This document shows positions 17,055 to 25,004 of a stretch of DNA of 64,000 bases, one piece after another. The DNA lies in assembly GCA_964578605.1 (NCBI GenBank), contig CAZODO010000017.1, positions 3,994 through 67,993 of the forward strand, written 5' to 3'. The stretch is from an uncultured Verrucomicrobiota bacterium. GTDB taxonomy: Bacteria > Verrucomicrobiota > Verrucomicrobiia > Limisphaerales > SIBE01. The position numbers and the translations under genes were made by a program. The notes beneath the pieces are model-generated. The model made no database searches. It was given only the letters and a program-made list of their open reading frames with translations, and was not told the DNA's origin. The first letter of the stretch is position 1, and each line of letters opens with the position of its first letter.

Positions 17055-17374
17055 GAAAATCTTTAGTCGGACGGATCGGCAAGCAGAGGCCCTCTCACGA
17101 TTGGGAGTCCCGCGACTACGCTCTGCCGGTGATCCCGTGCTCAATGACGGTCTGCCCGGTCAACCGACATGGAAAATGCGCCTCCCCGGCCGCCATAAAG
17201 GTCGGAGCTGATGGGCGCTGTACGACGGGCCAAGACTTCAAGGCAAACCCTGTAGTCCAGTCCAATCAGCCCCCGCGGTGTAAGTGGTGTGGCGGCCTTA
17301 TCCGCCCGAACCCGGCAAACCTTTCCTGGGAGCATATCGGAGAGAAGCTGAGTCACGCCGCTGAACCGAGATGA
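17051..17374 (+). CDS. Cys-rich hypothetical protein
   Basis: ATGA-coupled to MuF; CSMTVC...C...C and CKWC. Confidence 0.6.
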   Translation: MRKSLVGRIGKQRPSHDWESRDYALPVIPCSMTVCPVNRHGKCASPAAIKVGADGRCTTGQDFKANPVVQSNQPPRCKWCGGLIRPNPANLSWEHIGEKLSHAAEPR

Positions 17375-17904
17375 GCCTCCCCCTCGCCACCGCTGAGCGG
17401 ATCGGCGCCAAGATCGCTGGCGAGCTCACACCCTTTTGCGACCAGATCCAGGTCGCGGGATCCATCCGCCGGCGCCGCCCGACCGTCAATGACATCGACC
17501 TGGTCGTCCTCCCTAAGCCCGGCCGAGCCGAGGCCGTGCGCGAGCGCTGCATGCGCAATGCAATCCGCGTGCAGACCGAAGGCGAGATGACCCTCGTCGT
17601 TTACCTGCGGTACCCTCCTGCCGGGCCGGACGGCCTCCAGCTCGACGTCTGGATTGCCACACCCGCGGTCGCCGACCTTTTCGGTGGCACCCCCACCAAC
17701 TTTGGGACCCTCTTGCTCTGCCGGACCGGCAGCCGGGAGCACAACATCCGCCTGGTGGTCCGGGCGGAGAAAATGGGCTATCGCTGGAACCCCTACCATG
17801 GTGTCTACGACGGCCACGGTCGATGCCTCGCCAGGGCCACCGAGGAGGACGTCTTCAAAGTCCTGGGCCTCGACTTCGTCCGCCCCGAGGACCGCGAAGT
17901 CTGA
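17371..17904 (+). CDS. Minimal family X DNA polymerase / nucleotidyltransferase (palm + thumb only)
   Basis: AGSIRR, NDIDLVV, QLDV, RTGSREHN, EEDVFKVLGLDFVRPEDR; 177 aa, no lyase, fingers or PHP domain. Confidence 0.88.
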   Translation: MSLPLATAERIGAKIAGELTPFCDQIQVAGSIRRRRPTVNDIDLVVLPKPGRAEAVRERCMRNAIRVQTEGEMTLVVYLRYPPAGPDGLQLDVWIATPAVADLFGGTPTNFGTLLLCRTGSREHNIRLVVRAEKMGYRWNPYHGVYDGHGRCLARATEEDVFKVLGLDFVRPEDREV

Positions 17905-17941
17905 CCCTTCTGAACCGGCCCGATCCGGCCAGGCCGCCGAC

Positions 17942-18105
17942 CCTTTTCAAACTTTCTGCGGGGAGTGTCCGGCCGGCGGCCTTTTCAAACTTTAACTCCG
18001 GCCATCAAAACCGAGGTAAGTCGCGCTCCTTCTGGATGTTCCATCGAAAATCACGGTTTTTCAAACTATCTGCGGGTAAGCTGCCTGCCTTTTGGAAATG
18101 GAGCA
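17942..18105. repeat. Prophage right end: transposase-binding-like repeats and terminal CA
   Basis: CCTTTTCAAACTTT at 17942 and 17980, TTTTTCAAACTAT at 18057, degenerate CCTTTTGGAAATG at 18088-18100, CA at 18104-18105. Confidence 0.7.
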
Positions 18106-18180
18106 TGGTGCGCGCTGCAGGATTTGAACCTGCGACCCCCAGTGTGTGATACTGATGCTCTACCGCTGAGCTAAGCGCGC
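18106..18180 (-). tRNA. tRNA-Val(CAC)
   Basis: 75 nt; GCGCGCT/AGCGCGC acceptor stem, GCTC/GAGC D stem, anticodon loop ATCACAC, GCAGG-TTCAAAT-CCTGC T arm, encoded CCA. Confidence 0.95.
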
Positions 18181-18230
18181 AGTGGTGGACAAGCTACCGG
18201 CCTTCAGAAACAATTCAAGAATTTCCTGCG

Positions 18231-19187
18231 ATGACAATGTTGCGACCAGAAATTCTCGCCTTTGGCGAACTGCTCTGGGATCTGCTGCCCTCCGGTCCTG
18301 TCCTGGGAGGCGCGCCCGCGAATTTCGCCTTCCGAATGAACACCTTGGGCGCCCCAACGCGGCTGGTCTCGCGCCTCGGGCGTGATGCGCTCGGTCAAGA
18401 GGCCTTCGCGCAATTAACCGCGCTGGGAATGGACACCTCCCAGATCCAGTGGGATGACGCGCTTCCGACCGGGACCGTGCCGGTGCGGCTCGATATTCGA
18501 GGCAACCCTGAGTTCACGATTGTGCCAAACGTGGCCTATGACCAAATCGAATGCACCGACGCTCTGGCGGAGTTGGCGGGCCAGGTCAAGTGCATCTGCT
18601 TTGGCACGCTGGTGCAACGGACCAAGTGCAGCCGCCGAACGCTGCGAACGCTTCTCTCAAAGGCACCGAGTGCTTTGAAGCTGCTCGATCTGAACTTGCG
18701 GAAGGAGTGTTACACCGAGCAAACGATCGCGGAATCGCTCGAACGGGCGAACATCCTCAAGCTGAACGAGGCCGAGATGAACCATTTGGCCGCCCTTTTT
18801 GGTCTTCCAACGGGTTCTCTCGAGGGTTTCGCGCGGGCGGCAATTGAGCAATGGAATCTTACGCATTGCCTGGTGACGCTCGGCGAATGGGGCGCCTTTG
18901 CCGCGTCGGCCCAAGGGGAAGCGGCCTATTCGCCCGGATACGAGGTGGAACTCGCGGATACGTGCGGATCCGGGGACGCGTTTTCGGCCGGGTTCCTTTA
19001 CGAGCTTCTCCGGGGGCAAACCACCGTGCGCTGCGTTGAAGCGGGCAATGCCCTCGGCGCGATAGTGGCTACTCAGCATGGGGCCACGCAGCCCATTTCA
19101 GCAGCGGACCTGGCGGGCTTTCAGAAGCGCAAGATCCCACGGCGATCCAAGCCGGACTTGGAGCGGCTTCACGCAGCGGGAAGTTGA
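18231..19187 (+). CDS. PfkB-family carbohydrate kinase (fructokinase-like)
   Basis: GGAPANFA and DTCGSGDAF signatures. Confidence 0.92.
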   Translation: MTMLRPEILAFGELLWDLLPSGPVLGGAPANFAFRMNTLGAPTRLVSRLGRDALGQEAFAQLTALGMDTSQIQWDDALPTGTVPVRLDIRGNPEFTIVPNVAYDQIECTDALAELAGQVKCICFGTLVQRTKCSRRTLRTLLSKAPSALKLLDLNLRKECYTEQTIAESLERANILKLNEAEMNHLAALFGLPTGSLEGFARAAIEQWNLTHCLVTLGEWGAFAASAQGEAAYSPGYEVELADTCGSGDAFSAGFLYELLRGQTTVRCVEAGNALGAIVATQHGATQPISAADLAGFQKRKIPRRSKPDLERLHAAGS

Positions 19188-19262
19188 GAAGCCTTGCCGA
19201 GCCTGTCCGCGCGAGGCTAAGCTCGCCGCCAATGATGTCGCGAATAACCGTCTGATGCTCGC

Positions 19263-20615
19263 ATGGCAACCCAGACGTATCTTACTGCCCCGGTGAAGAC
19301 GGACAAAGTGCCGCCGGGGATTCCCTATATCATAGGAAACGAAGCTGCCGAACGGTTCAGTTATTACGGCATGAATTCGATCCTGGTGATCTTCATGACC
19401 CACTTCCTGCTGAATGCGAGCGGGCAGCCGGATTACATGTCGAAGGAGCAGGCCAGTGCCTGGTACCACACGTTCGTGTCGGCGGTCTACTTCCTGCCGC
19501 TGATGGGTGCGTTGCTGGCCGATGCGATCATTGGGAAGTACTGGACGATCATGTCGCTCTCGATCGTTTATTGCCTGGGACACCTCGCGCTCGCCATCGA
19601 CCACACGCGCATTGGGCTGGCCATTGGGTTGGCGCTCATCGCGCTCGGCGCGGGCGGAATCAAGCCGTGCGTGTCCGCCAATGTTGGCGACCAATTTGGA
19701 AAGGGAAACGAGCACCTGCTGACCCGGGTGTTTAGCTGGTTTTATTTCGCGATCAATGTCGGTTCGATGTTCTCGACCATCCTGATTCCGGCGCTTCTGG
19801 AAACGCGAGGCCCGAGCATCGCGTTTGGCATTCCGGGGGTGCTCATGCTGATCGCGACCATCATCTTCTGGATGGGACGCAAAAAGTTCGTCCATATTCC
19901 TCCGGCAGGATTGCGCAACTACGCCCGGGAGATTTTCACTTGGGACACGCTCAAGATTGCGGTGAATTTGCTTATCCCGGTTCCGTTCGTGGCGATTTTC
20001 TGGGGGCTCTGGCAGCAGAACTTTTCGTCCTGGGTCCTTCAAGCGGAGCAGATGGACCGGCATCTGTTTGGGCGCGAATGGCTTCCCGCCCAGATCCAGA
20101 CGGTCAATCCGGGATTTATTCTCCTGTTGCTGCCGGTGTTTTCGTATGTGATCTATCCGGCGGTCAACCGCGTTTTCCGACTGACACCGCTGCGCAAGAT
20201 TGGCTGTGGCTTGTTTGCGTCGACGATCGCCTTCCTGATCGTGGCCGCCATCCAGGGGCGCATCGATGCCGGGGCGAGGCCGCATATCTGGTGGCAAATT
20301 CTCGCGTTTCTGTTCCTCACGGCGTCGGAGATTATGGTCTCTGTGACGCACCTGGAATTTGCCTACACACAAGCTCCCAAGAAGCTGAAATCGCTGGTGA
20401 TGTGCACTTACTTGGGCGCGATCTCGCTGGGCAATGTCTTCACCGCCCTGGTCAACTTCTGGATCCAGAACCCGGACGGTTCCGCCAAGCTTGCCGGGGC
20501 AGCTTATTTCTACTTCTTCGTGAAGGTGATGCTTGTCACGGCTGTCCTGTTTGTGATCGTCTCGCCGTTCTACCGGGGAAGAACCTATACCCAGGACGAA
20601 GCCGAGCCAGCCTGA
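19263..20615 (+). CDS. POT/PTR2 proton-dependent oligopeptide transporter
   Basis: EAAERFSYYG, GGIKPCVSANVGDQF, FYFAINVGS. Confidence 0.93.
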   Translation: MATQTYLTAPVKTDKVPPGIPYIIGNEAAERFSYYGMNSILVIFMTHFLLNASGQPDYMSKEQASAWYHTFVSAVYFLPLMGALLADAIIGKYWTIMSLSIVYCLGHLALAIDHTRIGLAIGLALIALGAGGIKPCVSANVGDQFGKGNEHLLTRVFSWFYFAINVGSMFSTILIPALLETRGPSIAFGIPGVLMLIATIIFWMGRKKFVHIPPAGLRNYAREIFTWDTLKIAVNLLIPVPFVAIFWGLWQQNFSSWVLQAEQMDRHLFGREWLPAQIQTVNPGFILLLLPVFSYVIYPAVNRVFRLTPLRKIGCGLFASTIAFLIVAAIQGRIDAGARPHIWWQILAFLFLTASEIMVSVTHLEFAYTQAPKKLKSLVMCTYLGAISLGNVFTALVNFWIQNPDGSAKLAGAAYFYFFVKVMLVTAVLFVIVSPFYRGRTYTQDEAEPA

Positions 20616-20633
20616 CTCGGTTTTCTGCGAGCC

Positions 20634-21782
20634 ATGAGCCTGCTCTTTCGACTCCGGCGCCGCCTGGCTGAACTCGTCCTGCGGGGCCGGTTGCTTGATC
20701 TGTGGGTCCGGCGCAAGATTCGCCGCCTGGAGCGTCATTACCAGCGCGAGTTGGTCGCCCGATCTCAAGCCGCACCCGCTCGGCCGGCGCCGCGCCCGCA
20801 TCTGAGACGGCATCCCCGGCGCATCCTGCTCATCAGCGATTTTCAGTGGGAAGGCAAGGAACTGGTGCCGGAACTCGAGAAAATCTGCCCGGTCGATGCG
20901 CTCAATCTGCATCCGGCGTTGACGGCCGCCGAAGACAGGCGGGTCGCGCCTCCGGAGGTGGTCGTTGCGGAACTGCGCAACTGGGTCGCAACGCATCATG
21001 CCTCGCACCCGGACGTAATTCTCTTCTATGTCCGCCCTGCGCTGCTCTCGAACGAGGCTTTTCATGTGATCCGGATGGCTTTCGCCTGTCCGGTCCTGGG
21101 GATGAACCTGGACGACAAGATTCAGTACCTGGACTACGGGACTTTCTCGGAGCGGAACGATCATTACGAGCAATGGACGCCTTCGTTCGATCTAAACCTG
21201 ACCAACGTGCGCGCCGTCACGGACTGGTACAAGGCGTCGGGTTCCGCCGTGTATTACATGCCCGAAGGATACCATGCGAAGACGGAGCCGCCGGAGGGGC
21301 AGCCAGCTTACCGTCACGAAATGGCTTTTGTGGGCAGTTGGCGTGCGGAACGGGCCGAGCTCTACCGGCGGTTGCGCCGCCTCAACGTGCCCTTGGAAGT
21401 GTTTGGATGGGGATGGCCCAACGCCCAGGAAGGCTCTGCGCCGGAGAAGATCTACCGTTCCAGCATGCTGACCCTCGGCATAGGCTTTGCATCTCCGTCG
21501 ACGGTTTTGACGACGCTGAAGACGCGCGATTTCGAGTGCCCCGGGGCGGGGGCCTGTTACCTCACGACCTATAATTGGGAATTGGCCCTCCATTACGAGC
21601 TGGGAAAAGAAATTCTCTGCTACCGTTCCGTGGAGGAGATCGTTGAGCTGTTCGCGTTTTACAGGCGCCGGCCCGAAGCGTGTTGGAAGATCGCGCAAGC
21701 GGCCTACCGCCGATGCCTGAGGGAACACACCTGGGAGAAGCGCTTCCGCAAGCTTTTCGAAGAGACCGGCATTGCGGGGTGA
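20634..21782 (+). CDS. CgeB-like glycosyltransferase
   Basis: AFVGS...RDFECPGAGACYLT...YELGKEILCY...IAQAAYRRCLREHTWEKR. Confidence 0.8.
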   Translation: MSLLFRLRRRLAELVLRGRLLDLWVRRKIRRLERHYQRELVARSQAAPARPAPRPHLRRHPRRILLISDFQWEGKELVPELEKICPVDALNLHPALTAAEDRRVAPPEVVVAELRNWVATHHASHPDVILFYVRPALLSNEAFHVIRMAFACPVLGMNLDDKIQYLDYGTFSERNDHYEQWTPSFDLNLTNVRAVTDWYKASGSAVYYMPEGYHAKTEPPEGQPAYRHEMAFVGSWRAERAELYRRLRRLNVPLEVFGWGWPNAQEGSAPEKIYRSSMLTLGIGFASPSTVLTTLKTRDFECPGAGACYLTTYNWELALHYELGKEILCYRSVEEIVELFAFYRRRPEACWKIAQAAYRRCLREHTWEKRFRKLFEETGIAG

Positions 21783-21815
21783 GCCGGCTGGACCGCCGGG
21801 TCGCTGCGATCTGAT

Positions 21816-21844
21816 TTGACCAAGGCATTCCCGATTCCTATGCT
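21816..21844 (+). promoter_or_regulatory. Sigma70-type promoter
   Basis: TTGACC-N17-TATGCT, about 40 nt before the ACT-domain gene. Confidence 0.55.
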
Positions 21845-21885
21845 CAGCCGCAATTGGATAACGGAAGTGACCCGGGAGGAAAACT

Positions 21886-22314
21886 ATGCTGCTGAAAGCC
21901 AATCGAGTCGATACGTGGGCTGCGTCAGTTGAGGACTGTCCTGGCAGCCTGGCCGAGAAGTTAAACGCGCTCGCCGGAGCGGGCGTGAACCTGGAAGTCG
22001 TCATCGCGCGGCGCGCGCCCGAGAAGCCGGGAACGGGAGTCGTGTTTGCTGCCCCGATCGAGGGAGCCCCGCAGATCCGGGTCGCGAAGGAAGTCGGCTT
22101 CGCGAAAACCACCACGCTCTACTCGGTGCGGGTCGAAGGACCCAACAAACCAGGACACGGCGTGAACATTGTCCAGGCGGTCGCAGCGAAAGGCATCAAC
22201 TTGCGCGGTTTCACAGCGGCGGCGATCGGCACGAAGTTCGTCGCTTACCTTTCGCTCGATTCTGCCGCCGATGCGGCGAAAGCGCTGCGCGTGTTGAAAA
22301 ACCTGTACCGCTGA
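21886..22314 (+). CDS. ACT-domain protein
   Basis: EDCPGSLAEKLNALAGAGVNLEVVIARR and a second ACT-like repeat. Confidence 0.8.
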   Translation: MLLKANRVDTWAASVEDCPGSLAEKLNALAGAGVNLEVVIARRAPEKPGTGVVFAAPIEGAPQIRVAKEVGFAKTTTLYSVRVEGPNKPGHGVNIVQAVAAKGINLRGFTAAAIGTKFVAYLSLDSAADAAKALRVLKNLYR

Positions 22315-22430
22315 GGCTCGCCGCGCCAATGCCGGCTGGGCAGGGGAGGCGGCTCGGCCCGCTGCGGGCCGATTTGTGATTTGCGAGTGGCCGGCTCCGG
22401 CCGGGCGGCCCGGCCTCACTGGATCGCCCT

Positions 22431-22459
22431 TTGACAAGGGTCCAGGCTGGGTGCATAAA
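22431..22459 (+). promoter_or_regulatory. Sigma70-type promoter
   Basis: TTGACA-N17-CATAAA just before the MBL hydrolase. Confidence 0.5.
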
Positions 22460-22470
22460 GCAAGGGCCCA

Positions 22471-23256
22471 ATGGCCTTTCAATTTGTCTTTTTAGGATCA
22501 GGAACGTCGCAGGGAGTGCCGGTGATCGGCAAAGAGTACCCCGCGGCGTTTTTGGCCAACCCGAAAAACCACCGGACCCGGCCCTCCATTTACCTCGAGA
22601 CGGACCATTTGAAGCTGGTCGTGGATACAACTCCGGAGTTCCGTCTCCAATGCCTCCGCGAGAAGATCACCTGGCTCGATGCCGTGATTTTCACCCATTC
22701 GCATGCGGACCACGTCATGGGGCTCGATGATTGCCGCCGCTTTTGCGATCTGCGCAACGGTCCGCTGCCGATTTACGCGAGCGCGGCCACGCTGACCGAT
22801 CTGGAGCGCATTTTCATTTATGCTTTCAAGAACGGGCCCATCCCGAAGGGCTACTTTATCCCGGAGCCGCACGTGATCGACGGTCCGTTCGAGTTGAAAG
22901 ACCTCACCATCACCCCCCTGTCGCTCCCGCACGGGTCCATTCGCGTCAATGGCTACCTTTTTTGCCAGGACGGGAGAAAAAGGCTTGCCTACATGAGTGA
23001 CTGCAAAGAAGTACCTAACGACGTCGTGGACAAGGTTCGCGGATCGGAAATCGTGGTGTTGGACGCGCTCCGGCGGGAGCCGCACTGGACCCATATGTGC
23101 CTGGATGAGGCGTTGACGACGGCGCGGCGGATTGGGGCGCCTCAGACGTATTTAACCCACCTCACCCACGAGTACGACCACGATGTGGACCAGGCCGAAA
23201 TGCCTCCGGGAGTCGCCCTGGCTCACGACGGGCTGAGGGTCCGCTTGAGGGCGTGA
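22471..23256 (+). CDS. MBL-fold metallohydrolase (PhnP-like)
   Basis: [29 protein letters not shown]. Confidence 0.9.
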   Translation: MAFQFVFLGSGTSQGVPVIGKEYPAAFLANPKNHRTRPSIYLETDHLKLVVDTTPEFRLQCLREKITWLDAVIFTHSHADHVMGLDDCRRFCDLRNGPLPIYASAATLTDLERIFIYAFKNGPIPKGYFIPEPHVIDGPFELKDLTITPLSLPHGSIRVNGYLFCQDGRKRLAYMSDCKEVPNDVVDKVRGSEIVVLDALRREPHWTHMCLDEALTTARRIGAPQTYLTHLTHEYDHDVDQAEMPPGVALAHDGLRVRLRA

Positions 23257-23286
23257 TCCGCGCGAAACGTTTCGAGGAGATTGCCA

Positions 23287-24954
23287 ATGAGAACCGGTGT
23301 CGAATGGATCTTGGCTTGCTGTGTTCTGGCTTCGGCGTGGTGTGCCCACGGTGCCATGCCAGGGGACGAAGTGGTGGTGGTGTACAACCGGAACCTGCCC
23401 GAATCCAGAAGCCTTGCAGAGTATTATGCCAAGCGCAGGCAGGTCCCCAGCAGCCGCCTGTTCGGGTTTGATCTTCCCAGCACCGAGACGATCTCTCGGG
23501 CTGAATTCAACGAACGTTTGGCGCAGCCGCTCCTCAAACGGCTTCGCGACGAGAAGCTCTTCCTTTACGATTCAAACGGAGGGTCAACCGCAGCAGGGAC
23601 GACGAACCTGCCACGGCAGGCGCGAATTCGCTACGCCACCCTCTGCTACGGTGTGCCACTGAAGATCGTCCATGACCCGAGCGTGATGGAGGAGGGAACG
23701 GATAAGATCCGCCCCGAGCTGCGACGGAACGACGCTTCGGTAGACAGCGAGTTATCGGTGCTGCCTGTTCTTTCGCCGAAGCCGATGATCACAGGGGTGA
23801 TTGTGAACCGCGCCTTTTGCGCGACCAACGCGGCTTTTCTGAGTCCTACCAACGGCCTGTTGCTGGTCGGGCGACTCGATGGTCCCACGGCTGAGGTTGC
23901 GCGCGGGCTGGTCGATAAGGCCATCCAGGCGGAGATCGATGGACTCTGGGGACGCGCTTATTTCGACAGTCGCGGCCTGACCAACACGAGCTACAAGATT
24001 GGCGACGACTGGATTCGAGGCGGTGCCGACGTGGCGAGGCGGCTCGGCTTCGAAACGATCCTGGACCAGGAGGGGGCCACGTTCTCCGCCGGATTCCCGT
24101 TGAGCCACGTTGCCCTGTATGTCGGGTGGTATGACGGCGCGGTCTCCGGGCCATTCACGCGGCCCAATGTGGAGTTCATGCCGGGTGCTTTCGCGTATCA
24201 TTTGCACTCCTTTAGTGCGAACACGATCCGGTCCGCGACGGCCCACTGGGTCGGGCCGCTCCTGGCCAAGGGGGCTACCGCCACCCTGGGCTGCGTGAAC
24301 GAACCGTACCTCGAGGGCACCCCGGATATGATGACCTTCCTGGTGCGCTTCGCTTATTTCGGATTCAGCTTTGGCGAGGCCGCCTATGCATCGCAGAACT
24401 CCCTGTCTTGGCAAACAACGGTGGTGGGCGATCCGCTCTATCGGCCGTTTGGAAAACAGGCGCTCCAGGTGCATAACGACTTGATTCGGCGAGGCAGTTC
24501 GCTGGTGGAGTGGTCCCATTTAAAGGTGGTGAACATGAGTCTTGCGACGGGCCTGCCGCCGGACAAACTGATTCAGTACCTGGAGACGACCCCGGGCACG
24601 CGCACCAGTGCTGTGCTCCTCGAGAAACTCGCAGATCTTTATTTTCTCAAAGCGCGGTGGGTTGAAGCGGCGCCGATTTACCGGCAGGCCTTGCTGCAAA
24701 AGCCCTCCCCTCAGCAGAAGGTGCGGCTCATGTTTTCGCTGGCCCGGGCTTTGGACTTTGCGGGGAAGGGCGAGGACGCCTTCGGGGTATACCAGGAGTT
24801 TGTCAGAGTGTTCCCCGATTACCCGGAACTTCTGGGCATTTATCAACGGCTCTCTCCCATGGCTGAGAGTCTGGGCAAGCCCACTGAGAAGCAGCGGTAC
24901 GACCAGGAAATCCAGCGCCTGACCCAGCCTCCGCCCGCCGTTCCCGCGGGCTGA
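23287..24954 (+). CDS. TIGR03790-family protein with C-terminal TPR
   Basis: Signal peptide, VVVVYN..YYAKRR, SVDSEL, RLDGPT, YHLHSFSA, VGDPLYRPF. Confidence 0.85.
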   Translation: MRTGVEWILACCVLASAWCAHGAMPGDEVVVVYNRNLPESRSLAEYYAKRRQVPSSRLFGFDLPSTETISRAEFNERLAQPLLKRLRDEKLFLYDSNGGSTAAGTTNLPRQARIRYATLCYGVPLKIVHDPSVMEEGTDKIRPELRRNDASVDSELSVLPVLSPKPMITGVIVNRAFCATNAAFLSPTNGLLLVGRLDGPTAEVARGLVDKAIQAEIDGLWGRAYFDSRGLTNTSYKIGDDWIRGGADVARRLGFETILDQEGATFSAGFPLSHVALYVGWYDGAVSGPFTRPNVEFMPGAFAYHLHSFSANTIRSATAHWVGPLLAKGATATLGCVNEPYLEGTPDMMTFLVRFAYFGFSFGEAAYASQNSLSWQTTVVGDPLYRPFGKQALQVHNDLIRRGSSLVEWSHLKVVNMSLATGLPPDKLIQYLETTPGTRTSAVLLEKLADLYFLKARWVEAAPIYRQALLQKPSPQQKVRLMFSLARALDFAGKGEDAFGVYQEFVRVFPDYPELLGIYQRLSPMAESLGKPTEKQRYDQEIQRLTQPPPAVPAG

Positions 24955-25004
24955 AACAAGGGCCGGCGCCAGACCGCCGAAACACCGTTCGGCCGCGGGA
25001 GGCT

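Larger units (their letters stand above)
1..18105. mobile_element. Mu-like transposable prophage (right part; left end outside window)
   Basis: Contiguous portal, TerL, TerS, gp26/gp25-like, repressor, MuA, MuB, Gam, GemA-like and MuF genes; end repeats and terminal CA at 18104-18105; host genes resume after the tRNA. Confidence 0.95.

Noticed and set aside
1-18105. Integrase/att-type island, TnsD/TniQ, Cas or reverse transcriptase (DGR/retron) explanation for the element
   Set aside because: No such motifs in any ORF, and no second copy of the tRNA 3' end in the window; the left arm is unseen, so not fully excluded.
19098-21173. 691-aa minus-strand ORF
   Set aside because: Antisense to the POT transporter and glycosyltransferase, which have clear family motifs.
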